DNA from: the human T2T-CHM13v2.0 reference genome, Homo sapiens
NCBI RefSeq assembly: GCF_009914755.1
Contig: NC_060937.1
Length of the DNA stretch: 64,000 nucleotides
Reading direction: 5' to 3' (one strand)
Within the stretch, counting starts at the first letter, position 1, and the number at the start of each line of letters is the position of its first letter. The position numbers were made by a program, and so were the translations under genes. Of this stretch, positions 43,690-58,319 are shown one piece after another. The notes beneath the pieces were generated by a model, which saw only the letters and a list, made by a program, of their open reading frames with translations, was not told the DNA's origin and ran no database searches.

Positions 43690-44220
43690 GTGAGGTGGAG
43701 AGACTTCTCACAGACAGTAATAGTAGAGCTTTATCTAGAATAAGAATGACTTAAGTAGCCCAGGGCATGGCTAGGAGTGGAGGAGAGAGGAGCATTAGCA
43801 AGAATTAGCATGGTCACCTGAGACCACCAACAGGTTTCAGAGCACAACAGAGGAGTTTGGGAGAGGAGCTTGCATCTGATCAGGGATAATGCAGGACCTC
43901 GCTTACCCAGAGCCAGAATTTATCCTGAGGCTACAAGTGAGTCACAGAGAACTTAAGCAGGGGACTTATATGATTGGATTTGCATTTGAGAAACATAACT
44001 TTGGTAGCCACAAGGGGGATAAATTAAGACCAGACTGGAGGTGGAGAGAATCCTAATAGACAACTGTGAACATTCTAAGCAGGAGCAATGAGTTAATTAA
44101 GACAGAGCAGTGAGAAGGAAAGAAAGGGAAAGTTTTAGGAGGGTGTTAAAGGGTAATTCTGACAGTTGTGACTGATGAGGGACTAGAGGAAGCTGGAGAA
44201 CAGGACTTCTGGGTCCCTGG
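43690..44220 (-). mobile_element. L2 fragment
   Basis: tttatcctgaggg...taagcaggggacttatatgattggatttgcatttgagaaa. Confidence 0.6.
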
Positions 44221-44854
44221 CTCAGAGGCTCATCCGATTATTAAGAGGACAAAATGAAATACTATATGCCTGGTATATGGTAGAAGCTCAAATTATATTA
44301 TTTCCCTTCCCTGTTCTCTCTTATTACTGGCACCGTCACTTACTCAGTAACTGAGGCCAGAAATGTGGCAGTAATTCTTATCTCTAGTGCCCTTTATCCT
44401 CCACACCCAGAGCTGATGACACTGAGTGAGGCGAGGGGAAGACAGAGACCAGAAAAGGGAAACAGTCCTCAAGGAGTTCACAGTTTCCCTCTGGCCTGAG
44501 TGTTTGTTGTTGTTTGTTTGTTGAAGGAGTGGGCAGACAGGAGCCCAGGTTTAAGGTATTTTGTGGCTTGCCCACCTTGGGGGCTTGCATAGCGATGAAT
44601 GCTAGGTATACTCCTGCCCCACCCACTGCAATGCCAGCTTCTTCCCCATCCAGCTGATTCTCTTCCCAATTTCCCAGCTCCAGTCTGGCTTCTAAATTAT
44701 CAGGTGCTTGGCTAGTGGCTGAATCTAAAAACATGTCTGAAAAGACCATCCCCTCCCCAAGGGAAATGGTTAACCAGATTTTAAACCAAGCTAAATAAAG
44801 TTTGGGGTCATTTTTTGAGGAGGAAGCGTTTTATTTGTATAAGTAGTAAGGGCT

Positions 44855-45094
44855 GGAAAAGGCAAAACTATGGGGACAGAAAAGAGATTCACTGTTGCTA
44901 GGGACTGAAGGTGGAGGGAAGACAACCCAAGAGAACTTTGCAGGGGGGTGATAGAAATGTTCTAGAACTTGATTGTGGGGGTGGTTACTAGACTGCCATT
45001 TTTTTTTCAAAAGGCATGAAACTACACTAAAAAGCATAAATTTGACTCCATGTAAATTACACCTCAATAAGCCTGACTTTAAATTTAAAAAAAA
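44855..45094 (+). mobile_element. L1MB/MC 3' terminal fragment
   Basis: aaggcaaaactatggggacaga...gatagaaatgttctagaacttgattgtgg...acctcaataag plus A-rich end. Confidence 0.8.
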
Positions 45095-47148
45095 TGAAGG
45101 AACAAATAAATAAATTCCTAAGCAGATAGTAAGGGCTCAGTAAATGTTTGCTAAAGTGATAGTGATGGGTAGTGATAAGGTATCCGGCTGTCAAAGCTGC
45201 AGATTTTACTCCTTCCCTGAATATTTGCATTTTAGTAGAGGATTCTTAAAGCTGGAAAAAGCCTTTAAGGCTCAAAGAAGTTTGTCTCTAATAGGATGCA
45301 TTTTTTTTTTCAAATGCAAAGTATTTTATTGCAAGCCAGAGGGGGAGTTCTAGATGAAAAGAAAGGCTTGCAGGAGAGCTGGGAGGCCGGGAGTAAGGAG
45401 ACTTTACCTGTCTCTAAATTCGCAAACCTCTGAAAGGAGGGTATGCATTTTAAGTAGAGGCACTCTCCTCTGCCTTTTATCCACCATTTCCATCACAAGC
45501 TTTTCCTGGATTATTATCCTGGCCCACGATATTGGATTCTTATTGGAAAAACAATTGGTGTTGATGGACAGAGACAGAAGAGTACTACATCTACATTCAG
45601 CTTGGAAAAGAGAATGAGTGAATTAGTGCTCGGCAGCTACAACAGGGGCTATTTAAAGCCAACCCATGCTAAAATCTGTTTCTACCCCACCCCATGTGGA
45701 CCAAGCCAAATGCCGGCCTTGACCTACCAACCTTTTCCTCTCCTGTTCATTTGCCAGTCAGGTACCAGAGGATTAGAAGTGATTTTAGCTTCGTTTTGGC
45801 AGTCACATCTTGCTGATAACCAGGGAACTGCCTGCATCTTTGAAACGGATATTCTCTCCTGTGTTTCTTTAAAAATCGCTCTCCGATCTTGTAATACCAA
45901 AGCACCTCGATTTTCTTTTTAATTCAAACTCCCCCATCTGACAGGACAAGGATTCTCTTTTACAGGACACTCAGGGAACTAATTTCTTTCTAAGCCATTC
46001 AAAGCCCAAAATGTCGAATTCTTGATTTTTCTTCTGTCACCCTGGACAGGTTTTCCTGTTTCATTTCACCAGAGTGCATGTGAGCACCTGTTTGAACCTA
46101 TATGATAGCATCTGTTATCCTTGGCAGCAAGAAGTGGAGGAGTCGGGAGTGTGGGAAGAGTCTCTTTCCACTGCTTGCCCCTGGCACCCCACCCTGGGGG
46201 AGGAGTGGCGGGGGTCCTGCTTTTTCCTTAGATTAAGTTCATCAGTATTGCCAAAACTGTCCATTCCTCACCCTTCCCTGGGTGGTAGTTCAGGAGAAGG
46301 GGGCATTTGACTGCTGGGCTGGAGAGGAGGTGCCCGGTGACAGGAACAGTGGTGGCCTCCTCTCCTTGTCCATCAACAGCAGCTCCCACAACCCCCAATC
46401 AACTGCCCCAAGACAGTTATCACCTGGCTCTGTCCACCTCTGTGCTCAAACTGCTGCTCCATCATTGAACTCTCCCTGTCTCACAACCCTTGATCTGGTG
46501 CCTCCAGCTCTGTTTCCCTGGCACAGCCCTCTGGGGCTTTCTGAGCCCCTACCCCCTCCCTACCCTCACCAATAACAAAACACAAGACTCAGCCTGTTAA
46601 TTGCTTCCTTCCTAACAAGAAGTTAGCTTGTTGGCTACACCTGCTGACATTGTTCTAACTTATGCCTGCAGAGTTGATGAAAGGGCTCTACTCCTTTTGA
46701 AGTTCAGTAAGAGCTAACTTTTATTGAGTGCTGACTATGGGGTCAGCCAGGGTGCTAACCTTGGTTATGTCAGTTAATCCACATATGGAAACTAAGGAGC
46801 AGAAAGGTAGCAGCTGTGATTGACACCTGTGCTTGACCCATAACCATAACTACATTAAATTTTGCCCTAAACAGGTCACTAGTCCTCCCTGCCCTCCCTG
46901 CCCCAATTCCCAGGCTATTCTATTTGGAATTAAGCAGGATCCAATGATGAGGGACATCAAAGGCATTTTACTAGTCTGAAGGATTTAGGGAACTCTTCTA
47001 GAAAGTTCTGTCATCTGCCTAATCAAGTGATTGTATGGACCTACAAAATCAAAGAAATAAAAATGCCAAGGAAGAGGTCCAGGGCAGGTTACAGACTGTG
47101 GAGCACCACTGCTAGATTCCTTTATTTTTATTCTTTAAATTTAGTAAA

Positions 47149-47433
47149 GACCAGGCACGGTGACTCATGCCTGTAATCCTGACACTTTGAGAGGCTGAGG
47201 CAGGAGGATTGCTTAAGCTCAGGAGTTTGAGACCAGCCTGGATAGCATAGTGAGACACTGTATCTACAAAAAAATACAAAAATTAGCTGAGCATTTTAGC
47301 ACATGCCTGTAGTCCCAGTTACTCTGGAGGCTGAGGTGGGAGGATTACCTGAGCCCAAAAGTACAGGGCTGCAGTGAGCAGAGATACCACCACTGCACTT
47401 CAGCCTGGGCAACAGAGTGACACCCTGTCTCAA
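47149..47433 (+). mobile_element. AluJ
   Basis: J-type ggaggattgcttaagctcaggag and caccctgtctc. Confidence 0.9.
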
Positions 47434-47439
47434 GTATTT

Positions 47440-47734
<295 letters not shown>

Positions 47735-48316
47735 TCAAATATTTTTAAAAATTAAGTTAAATTAAGTTAGTAAAAATATAATGCTTTCAATATGCCATCA
47801 TAAGGTAATCAATTGCCAGTATAATAACTCTAAATATTGTGCTAGGCATTTCTAAGGTTGTAATTTTTTCTTGTAAAATTCACATATCCTTACTGCAGCA
47901 AATTTTTAAAATACAAAATAATTAAAACAAAAATATGTCTTACATATATTCCCATCACCCATAGGTAGCCTCAATTAACATATTGGTGGATTTCCTTCCA
48001 GCCTCCTTTCTATATAAATATGTACGTATTTTCGTAGTAGGGATGTCCATGATATACAAATATTTATACCTGAGTTTTCACTAAATATTATGTTAGCCAG
48101 CATGTTTCCATGTAATTAAATTTTTTGAAAATGTCATTTTTAATAGCAGTAAATTATTTAATAAGCAAGAATTTATTTAACCATCTCTCCAATGTTAGAC
48201 CTTTGCATTTTCCCCAAGTTTTCACTATTACAAGAAATGCCATCTCTCTCATTATTTCCTCAAGATTGTTTACTAGAAATGGAATCACTATGTCAAAAAG
48301 AACCTTTAAAAATTGC

Positions 48317-48626
<310 letters not shown>

Positions 48627-48648
48627 AACCTTTAAAAATTGTAAAAGC

Positions 48649-49371
<723 letters not shown>

Positions 49372-50430
49372 TTACCTTCTTATAGCTAAAGGCCTCTTGG
49401 TAAAATTATCACATTGACTCTGATGAACAAATCTTAAAAAAAAAAGAAAGAAAAGAAAAGAAAAGAAAAAAGAAAACAGCTGGAAATCATTTCCACCTTT
49501 ACATGGTATTAGGTGTTTGAAGGCTTCAGAAAACCTTGAGAAAATTTGTTACGATTGAAGACAAGGTCTTCAGGAATAGAAAAAGAAAGATTTTTCCCTA
49601 AAATGAGGAATTTCATAATAATAAAAAATGAAAGCAAGAGAATGTTGAATTTGAAGTGAATGTGAAACTTGAAGAGATTCTTGAATGCTTGACTCATTGC
49701 TTTCTAAAAGCCTTTAAAGATGTCAGCTTCCTGAGGTTTTTATGTTCTCTGCTGCGTTTAGCAGACCAGGTTAATTGTGGATGGTACAGACTGTCAGGAA
49801 GAACACAGTGCTTTGATGAGTTACTACACTTAAGCTTCAATGGTGTGGGAGCCAATTATCTGCTCCCTAACCTGTGTAGACACTTACTTTCTTTCCTTTT
49901 CCTAATAGTTACCCAGATTTATGATCATTTAACATCTCCTTAGGACCTAGTGCAAATGTGGGCAGATGACATGAAAGAATATCAACCTCAGATCTATCGA
50001 TTTTGTTACAGTCAACCCTAAATGGAGCAGATTATCCGTACAACATGGGCAATACTGATGAGTAGCACCTACTCCCCTGAAGGAACACAGCTGGATGCTG
50101 CAGAGACCAATCAACTGAGACAGCTGCCAGCCGGCCCCAGGATGCTGTGAGAAGACTGCATCAGAGAAGGTGCTGTATCAGCCGCTGACATGGGAAGCAG
50201 TGGCTATACTCACAATATACCTCAGACTTAGGTCGTGTATTCTACAAATTTCAAAGAGCCTTTACATCCATACGATCATTTAAACCGCCAAACACTATAA
50301 AGATATAATCACCCATGACCCACAGACAGAGGCACAGACCCTAGAGAGGTTAAATGCTTTGCCCAGTATTGCGAAGCCTGTGAGCAGCAAGATGAACTAT
50401 CAAAGCCAGGTATTCTAATTGCAATACTTG

Positions 50431-50864
50431 TGTTAAAGCAAACTAAATATGGCCTGAGAAGGACTCTGTACTTCTATATTTGAGTCCTTGTGGATGAACT
50501 GCAACCTAACAGGTAGACAAGTTAGGGTATTGAAACCCTAACTTAGAGGTATGCTCCTGTAATAATCGCTGAGTCTTGGCCAATCCCAGCAGCCATACTT
50601 CAACCACTCCTACACTGCTGAGTGTTCAAACTGTGTTCAAATAAGGCAAATGCATAGCTGTAACCAATCCAGCTGTTTCTGCACCTCACCTCTGATTTCT
50701 GTATGTCACTTTCCTTTTTTTGTCTATAAATTTGTTCTGACCACGAGTCATCCCTGGAGTCTCTCTGAATCTGCTGTGATTCTGGGGGCTACCCGATTCA
50801 CAAATCGTTCATTGCTCAGTTTAACTCCTTTAAATTTAATTTGCCTGACGTTTTTCTTTTAATA
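50431..50864 (+). mobile_element. MER57-type ERV1 solo LTR, inserted in a MIR
   Basis: Starts tgttaaagcaaactaaatatggcctgagaagg; 4-bp TSD CTTG. Confidence 0.85.
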
Positions 50865-51214
50865 CTTGTGAACTTTCACATTGCTAGCTTACAACAAAAT
50901 TTTACTCAGTATTACTGTGGGCCAGATCTTTCACTAGATAAAAGAGGATTGAAAGAAAAAAGGCATAGATCTTTTTTTTTTTCAAGGAGCTCAAGACCTA
51001 TAAAGGGGGACAGACAGAAACTGAGGCTATAATCCTAAATGATGAAGCCATAACTGAGGCAAATGGTAGGAAGGCACTCTGGACTTCAAGTGTGGACAAA
51101 CTGTTTTCTAAGGAAGCAGCCACCTGTATAGTGGTAAGAAAAGATTTTAGACTTATCATGTCTTCTCCTTTTCAACTCTTGCCTCAAACTCTTTACAGAC
51201 TAATTCTTTTAACA

Positions 51215-51480
51215 ATACAAGATACGGGGTTAAGAACTTGGGCTTCAGCTCACACAGTTCTGGGTTTAAAACCTGTCTCTGCCTCTTACAAGCTCTTTGA
51301 GCTAGAGCAAGGTGACTTTGAGCAAGTGGCCACATTAAGATCCAGTACACTCCTCTGTCCAGTGAGAATGGTAATAATAGTATTTGCCATTTAAGGTGGC
51401 TGTGAGGGCTAAATGAGAAGATGTGTTCAAAGTGCTTAATGCCTCACCAGGTGTACAGTAAGGGCTCAATAAACATTGGC
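51215..51480 (+). mobile_element. MIR SINE
   Basis: ggttaagaacttgggc...gtgactttgagcaagt...aagtgcttaa...ctcaataaacattg. Confidence 0.75.
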
Positions 51481-52009
51481 ATGATGATGAGGAGGAGGAG
51501 GATGATGATGATGATAATTAGATACCTTGATTACTGGAGAAGAGAAAGGAGAATGGAGAGGAGGAAGGGAAGAACTTGAGTGATAGGGGCTTAAGAGAAT
51601 TTTTACTTAATTCATATCTTGCATTCCAGCTAGAAATCAAGGAATCTGCAGCAAGCTGGGCAGCCACAGGTTAGGAAGATGAGGGTAGAGCATTGGGGTT
51701 CCTTAAAAGGCAGCAAAGCTGGATACCTGAAGTATAATGGTTTATGAGACAAGTGCAAATTTCCCTACCAGGAAATGATGTGTTACCAAACAGCCCAGTC
51801 ACTCTGCCTCTGTCACCAGAAGAGTCCAGCACATTCTAAAGCTTCTACCAGACCCATCAGCCCTTCTCTGGCCCACTCACAGCCCCTCAGGGATTCCTGT
51901 TCTAGCCTGAAATCCCCACATGAGTCTTAGGCCATGTCTCCTTTCCCAGCATACCCAATCCAAGATCTGACTTCCCAGCTCTAGAATTCTGGTTCTCTAC
52001 ATATCACTC

Positions 52010-52250
52010 CACTGTGGCATAATTCAGCATTAAAGAGGATGGCCCTGGACTCCCTGATTTCAAATCCAGGCTCTGCTACTTACTAGATGTTTAACTATGG
52101 CCAAATTCCTGATCCCGTGTACCTCAGTTGCCCCCATCTATAAAATGGGGACAATATTATCGATGACCTAGGGTTTTGTGAAGTTTAGCTGAGTGCTTAG
52201 AATTGTGGCTGGCACCGAATTTAAGTGCTCAGTGAATGTTAACTGTTATG
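52010..52250 (+). mobile_element. MIR SINE
   Basis: ttcaaatccaggctctgctacttactag...cctcagtt...ctataaaatgggg. Confidence 0.8.
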
Positions 52251-53364
52251 ATTTTTTCCCCTCCTTGGAAAATTCCAGTTCTGGTAAATGATAAGTAGGG
52301 AAACATATGACAATAGTTACATAAAATATGGAATTATTTGTATATTTCAATTGTCAGTTTTAATTACATATTGTTTCACGCATGGATGATTGAGAGTTCT
52401 ATCTTGGGACTTTTTCATTTGAACTGGTTCACAAAGATGATATAAATGATGCTGGAATGTCCATGAATAAAGAAGGGACATAGTAAATATTAATGACACT
52501 GGAGTCTGGCTGTCAACTTTTCTGAACATTTCCAAAATCCTAAAAGTTAAAAATTTCCCAAAAAGGTTTTTGTGTGTCTATGTGCCCCTAACATCTTTCA
52601 GAATTCCACATGAAAGCATCTAGATGAGATAAACATAGACAAGGATTTACCCAGTAGGAGCAGAATTACAATCGCTGAGTCTCCAAGAAGTGCTGCTGTC
52701 TTTGCTCTTGCCCAAACAGCCCCTTGGCTACTTATGTACAGTAGAAAGCTGATTCCATTTTCTTATAGTTATAAAACTTACATAAGATCATTGTAAAAAA
52801 AAATTAAAATGAAGACAATAATAATCTGTAATTACAATTCTTGGGAATGTAGGTTTAGCGCATTTTATATGATCAGCCAGTTCTTTCTCTGTGCATTAAA
52901 CATATGACCAGAAAGGACCAGAGTAGGAATGACACGCTTGTGACTTGATCAAAGGCAAATTTACTGGGAAGCTAAAAAACCTTAAGCTTTAGGGCCTCTC
53001 CTTTCCACAGGTGTTTTCCAAGGCCTTGGCAATCTGTTCATATGGTAATACATTTGTATAAATTGTATAAATCTTAGGCTTCTTAAATCCTGGTTCCATC
53101 CCAGGTGCTGCTGGCTGCAGTCTTTCCTGCCCCATGCCATTCTGTCCCACTGAGCGAGCCCAGACCCAGACTCTGTTCACTCTGAGCTTCTAGCAGCCAC
53201 TACCAATCAAACAGAGCAGGCATCCACTGAAATCTACTTGTCATCTTTCCAATTCCTTTTGCCCTAAGTTGGGATTGATGCAGGGCCTGAGAACTGCCAG
53301 CAGGTATAGGTTATAAGGCTTGGAGAAAAGAGAACTGTGGCAGGGGAAAGGTGGAATACAGGGA

Positions 53365-53813
53365 TGACTAAGACACTCCTTGACCAGCTTTGGTCAGGCT
53401 CCTCTGAGGCTACTTCTCAACATGCTCCAACCTTCAGACTCCTGTGTCCATCTTTACAATGCCAAGACTTAACAAAAAAAAATTCTGTTAGGTGAGTTTA
53501 GCAAGAATCCCCATCTTTGATATCTAATAATTCCTTATCCTCACTCTTAGAATCTGATCTCTCCAGCCTGCCTTCAATAAGAATACTACCATCAGTTTAG
53601 CTAAAATCCCCCTTACCCCTGATATTTCCTCTTAGTAATTTTTCCATCCACTGGTCCCCACCCTTGTCCTTGGCTATAAATCCCTACTTGTCCACACTGT
53701 ATTTGGAATTGAGCTCAGTTCAATAGTGAGCCTCTTTTCCTCTATTGCAATATTTGGTTTTTTAAAAATAAAATTTATCTTTAATTAGATCCCAGAGTTG
53801 ATTCTCTTTAACA
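53365..53813 (+). mobile_element. MER31-type ERV1 LTR
   Basis: tgactaagacactccttgaccagctttggtcaggctcctctgag start, ggctataaatccc, terminal tttaaca. Confidence 0.7.
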
Positions 53814-53926
53814 AAGGGCAGGCAGGACATGATACCCACCAGAATTCTAGAAATGCTTGGTTTGCTGTGACAAAACAGACTCATATGTGGGACTGAATAC
53901 CACTTATACCCAATTATCATCCAGCA

Positions 53927-54290
53927 CGATATGGTTTGGCTGTGTCTCTACCCAAATCTCATCTTGAATTGTAGCTCCCATAATTCCAATATGTTGCAGG
54001 AGGGACCTGGTAGGAGATACTTGAATCATGGGAGCAGTTTCCCCCACACTATTCTTGTGGTAGTGAATAAGTCTCATGAGATCTGATGGGTTTATAAGGG
54101 GAAACTCCTTTCACTTGGCTCTCATTTTCTCTGTTGTCTGCTGCCATGTAAGATGTGCCTTTCACCTTCTGCCATGATTGTGAGGCCTCCTCAGCCATGT
54201 GGAACTGTGAGTCCATTAAACCTCTTTTTCTTTATAAATTACCCAGTCTCAGGTACATCTTTATCAGCAATGTGAAAATGGACTAATACA
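53927..54290 (+). mobile_element. THE1 (D/B-like) solo LTR
   Basis: gatatggtttggctgtgtc...ggactaataca; perfect 5-bp TSD CAGCA. Confidence 0.92.
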
Positions 54291-54785
54291 CAGCACAATG
54301 ACAATTACATATATTACTATTAAATGTGTTCAGTTAACTTTGAGGACAACCCTAAACTCAGTTGAGGTGAGAGCCCTCTTCAGAGTCTTGCTCACCCACT
54401 TTGGTAATCCAATTGTAACTTTAAAAATAGAGAATGCTGCTTTCAAGCCACTCGTTTGAAAGTAAGCTGTGTTACTACAGTGTCACAGTTCCCACATAGT
54501 ACTGGAAGTGATTCATTTTCTTGTTAACTTGTGCTATATATACTCCAGAAAAATGAGTTGGCATTTCTAAGAATACTTGTTAGAAAAGAACAGAAGTTTT
54601 TCTTTCTCTTCCTGTCATCTGAAACTCTTAAATCATAGACAGTGCAATGTGTAGGAAGCTAAAATACGTACTCAAGCTCAGAAGCACCTGCCATAGCAGG
54701 GTTTGTCTTTTTTTTTTTCTTCGTGGTATCAGATAGTTTCTCTAACTCTGAAGAAATTTTCTCTAGAAAAATATAACAGTGTTAG

Positions 54786-55063
54786 GGCCGGGTGCAGTGT
54801 CTCACGCTTGTAATCCCAGTACTTTAGGAGACCGAGGCGGGCAGATCACCTGAGGTCAGGAGTTCGAGATTAGCCTGGGTAACATGGTAAAACCCCGTCT
54901 CTACTAAAAATACAAAAATTAGCCAGGAGTGCTGGTGCATGCCTGTAATCCCAGCTACTCGGGAGGCTGAGCAGGAGAATCACTTGAACCTGGGAGGTGG
55001 AGGTTGCAGTGAGTCAAGATCACGCTATTGTACTCCAGCTTGGGCAACAGGAATGAATGTCCG

Positions 55064-55108
<45 letters not shown>

Positions 55109-55140
55109 CTCTCTCTCTCTATATATATATATATGTATAC
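54786..55140 (+). mobile_element. AluS whose tail is replaced by (CA)n(CT)n(TA)n
   Basis: Alu dimer; TSD core agtgttag (54778-54785, 55143-55150). Confidence 0.92.
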
Positions 55141-56862
55141 ATAGTGTTAGATATCCTGCAGAATGCAAACCAACAAAGAACTATTAAATACCTAAAACAA
55201 ACACAGGTTCTTCTTTCCCTTGAAGCTTCTTTTTTGATTCTTTGATTGAAAACTTGGGCCAGATAAAAAGGAAGCACAGAACTACAAGTCATCACCCACA
55301 AAATGTTTCATTCTCTGACTTCACAGCTGTAAAGGCACCTGGGAAAGATGAAGAGAAACAGGTAGAAGAGTGACAGTTTAAAAAAAAAATCCATCCATTT
55401 AAGTAATCTGAAATGAATTAAAAGAGTCACATATGTTAAAATGCAATTCACATCCAAAAATGTTCCCTTTGTGGAAATTGTAATTATGGCGTTCTGACCA
55501 CAAGACTTTTGTCTTGTTTAGTTTTGTTTTGGGAGCACCTCACAGGATTAGGTTAACTAGGAACACACACTGGGAAACAACTGCACTAAGTTTTCAAGAA
55601 AGGATTATGTTCTCTGCATCATTCAGGAGCAGTACTCATGCATTTCAGGAAGGTTTCCATCCCTATCAGACATACCTGGCTGTATATCAAAAGTCCATGC
55701 TCCTCTTTCATACAGGGTAGAGTTGCTGCTAAAAAGTGGGTGAGCAGCTAGGGACTCTATTTCTGCCAGCTCCTCCCCCACCTTTGCAGCTTGATGCAGT
55801 CTTGCAATTAAATCTTAGCAAAGGAAGGGATGTTCACCAGCATGAGGTCCCCGCCACAATCCTTAGTGTTCTTTATTCCTCTGCTACGTGAATGTTGACA
55901 TTCAGGGCAACCTTGGAAGCCTCTCACTGAAGATGGCAGAGCCTCCATCTGATTTCGTCTCTGAATGATTGTGTCGAGCGGAGCACTTCCCCTGCTCCCA
56001 CAGCAAACACACACACAGACACATACATATGTACTACCACCACCACCACCTCCACTTGACCTACAACTGTGCTGTACTCTTAAGTGAGCATAAAATAACT
56101 GTCTATTTTGTGAAGCCCTAAAAGGCTAAAGTAAAATGAGGTTGGTATTTGGAACGGTAACTTGTAGTTAGATCTATGCTTTGGGGAGGGCAGTGCCCTA
56201 GGCCCCATGGTGATATTGATGCTGCACCTTATACTTCTAATTTGGAGCATTATTAAAATTCAATTTTCAAATTTCTCTCTTGAATAAAGATAACCCAAGG
56301 GAGCCTATAAAGGATGCTGACAGGGTGATTCCTTTCAAGTGTGATTATCTTAGGAGTTTGCACTAATAGTGTTGCCCAAGACCCCTCATGCTTTAAAAGA
56401 TCCAGACTTTAGTTATTTGAAAAACCCATCACACTCTCTGGATGTGCCAGATAAATTAACTTTTTGCTAGATATGTCTATTCATTTTGTAGTTGTGAAAA
56501 CCTCTTGATCTCTGGAAATCTCATTTGAACAGTACTTGATTCAGCAAATGTTAATTGAGCACCTACTACGTGTCCAGAGCAGCAATCATCAAACATCAAA
56601 TACACAAGAGACTTGAAAGCCATGTTCCTAGGCTAAGCTGGGAAGCCCACCACATTCATCTGTAGTGCCAGCCATGAAGCATAGCACCTTTGTCCTGACA
56701 TCTGGCTGTCCCTCTACCCACTTCCCTACATCGATGACCTGTAGTACAAGCGTAGCCTCTCTAAATTCTGGCTGCCACAATTAAATAGAGTGTAGAGTGG
56801 TGTATGAAAATATCAGCAGAGTGAACTTTAAAGCAAGCTCTTCAGACCTGGGTCCTCAGGTA

Positions 56863-57461
56863 CAGTAGTCCAGGCTCCCTCCTAATGTTTGAAGAGCTTG
56901 AAGTTGTATATAGTACCAATAGAGGCCCACGTTTCATATATCTAAATATTTTAAAGTTATTGAGCAAACTAGCAAACTGTTAAAGTAACCTCCTACCTTG
57001 GTAAATACACCTTCATAACAACTTGGAAGTCCAAGTTCAAATGTAGGATTCTTAGGCTCCATAGCATTCTGCATTGGAACTTGATGGTGAAGGTGAAATT
57101 TTTCCCAGCCATTCCATTTCTCTGCCTATCCTCAGCTGCAGACCCCACCAAGAACGCCTCATGTGTTGATGTGTGGATACGGCAGTCTACATCCAGCTCT
57201 GTCTCCAAACCCCTGCAAACAACTGGCCCTTGGTTACCCCCCAGGCCTGGATGAAAGGGGAGTCTACTCTTTGGAGGACAAACTAGAATAGAAACTCATG
57301 CAGGCCCAGAGCATGATGTTTCAAGGGGCACTATGTTTCTGAGTGAGACTATCCCCATGGTCCTGTGGGAAGGGACATAGCCAGAGCAGGGCCCTACTGG
57401 GGCCTCTAAAGCATGGATCCCAAGGCAGGTGCCTTTCTTGCCTTACCTAAGGGTAGTTCTG
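56863..57461 (-). mobile_element. MER115-like hAT-Tip100 element
   Basis: Ends cagtagtccaggc and ggggcctctaaagcatgg...ctaagggtagttctg. Confidence 0.55.
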
Positions 57462-57568
57462 CGCCCACCCTCCCTCAGAATCACCGAGAAAAACAACTCC
57501 TATTCAAATAAGTTTGAGAAACACTGGATATTGCACAGCCTTCTTGGAAATTTATAGTTAAATTAGTA

Positions 57569-57929
57569 TGATGTCTTAGCTTGGGCTGCCATAACAAAAT
57601 ATCATCAATTGGGTGGCTTAAAGAACAGACGTTTATTTCTCACCATTCTGGGGGCTAGGCAGGTGCTGGCTGATTTGGTTCCTGATGAGGGCTCTCCTCC
57701 TGGCTTGTAGATGGCCACCTTTTCACTATGTCTTCACATGGCAAAGAGAGAGCTCTGGTCTCTCTTTCTCTTCTTATAAGAACACTAAACTCATCATGGG
57801 GGCCCCACCCTCATGACTGCATCTAAACTGGATCACATTGCAAAGGCTCCACTTCCAAATACCATCATATAGGGAGTAAGAACTTCAACATATAAATTTT
57901 AGAAGGACACAAACATTTAGTCCACAACA
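57569..57929 (-). mobile_element. MLT1A-type MaLR LTR
   Basis: gggctgccataacaaaatatc...tttatttctcacc...cacaaacatttagtccacaaca. Confidence 0.85.
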
Positions 57930-58265
57930 CAAAGGAAAGAGAGAGGACTGATGCAAAGAAATCAGTTTAACTTTAACTCAGTATCATCCACACATATTTC
58001 TTTATGAAATTTTTTTTGAAGTTTGGTGGATTTTCCATAAAAAACACTAGTATTCGTGCTAAACCACTAGAATCTTAAATCAGTCATCACCTTTGGCTCT
58101 ATCCTCTCGGCCACTGGCTATTTCACCAATACGGTACCTCGCTTTAGTCTCTGCTGATGGTGATAAATACCATCAATAAACCTTGTTTCTAGATTTCCTT
58201 TTCTGTCATCCTCAGACCTGTCCTCCTATTAATAAAAGTCCTAACAATTTGCACAATTTCCAGAG

Positions 58266-58319
58266 TACCAGTCAAGGATGTTTTATTCACATTACCAGTC
58301 AAGCATGTTTTATTCACAT
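58266..58319. repeat. 27-bp tandem duplication
   Basis: taccagtcaag(g/c)atgttttattcacat twice, one mismatch. Confidence 0.9.
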
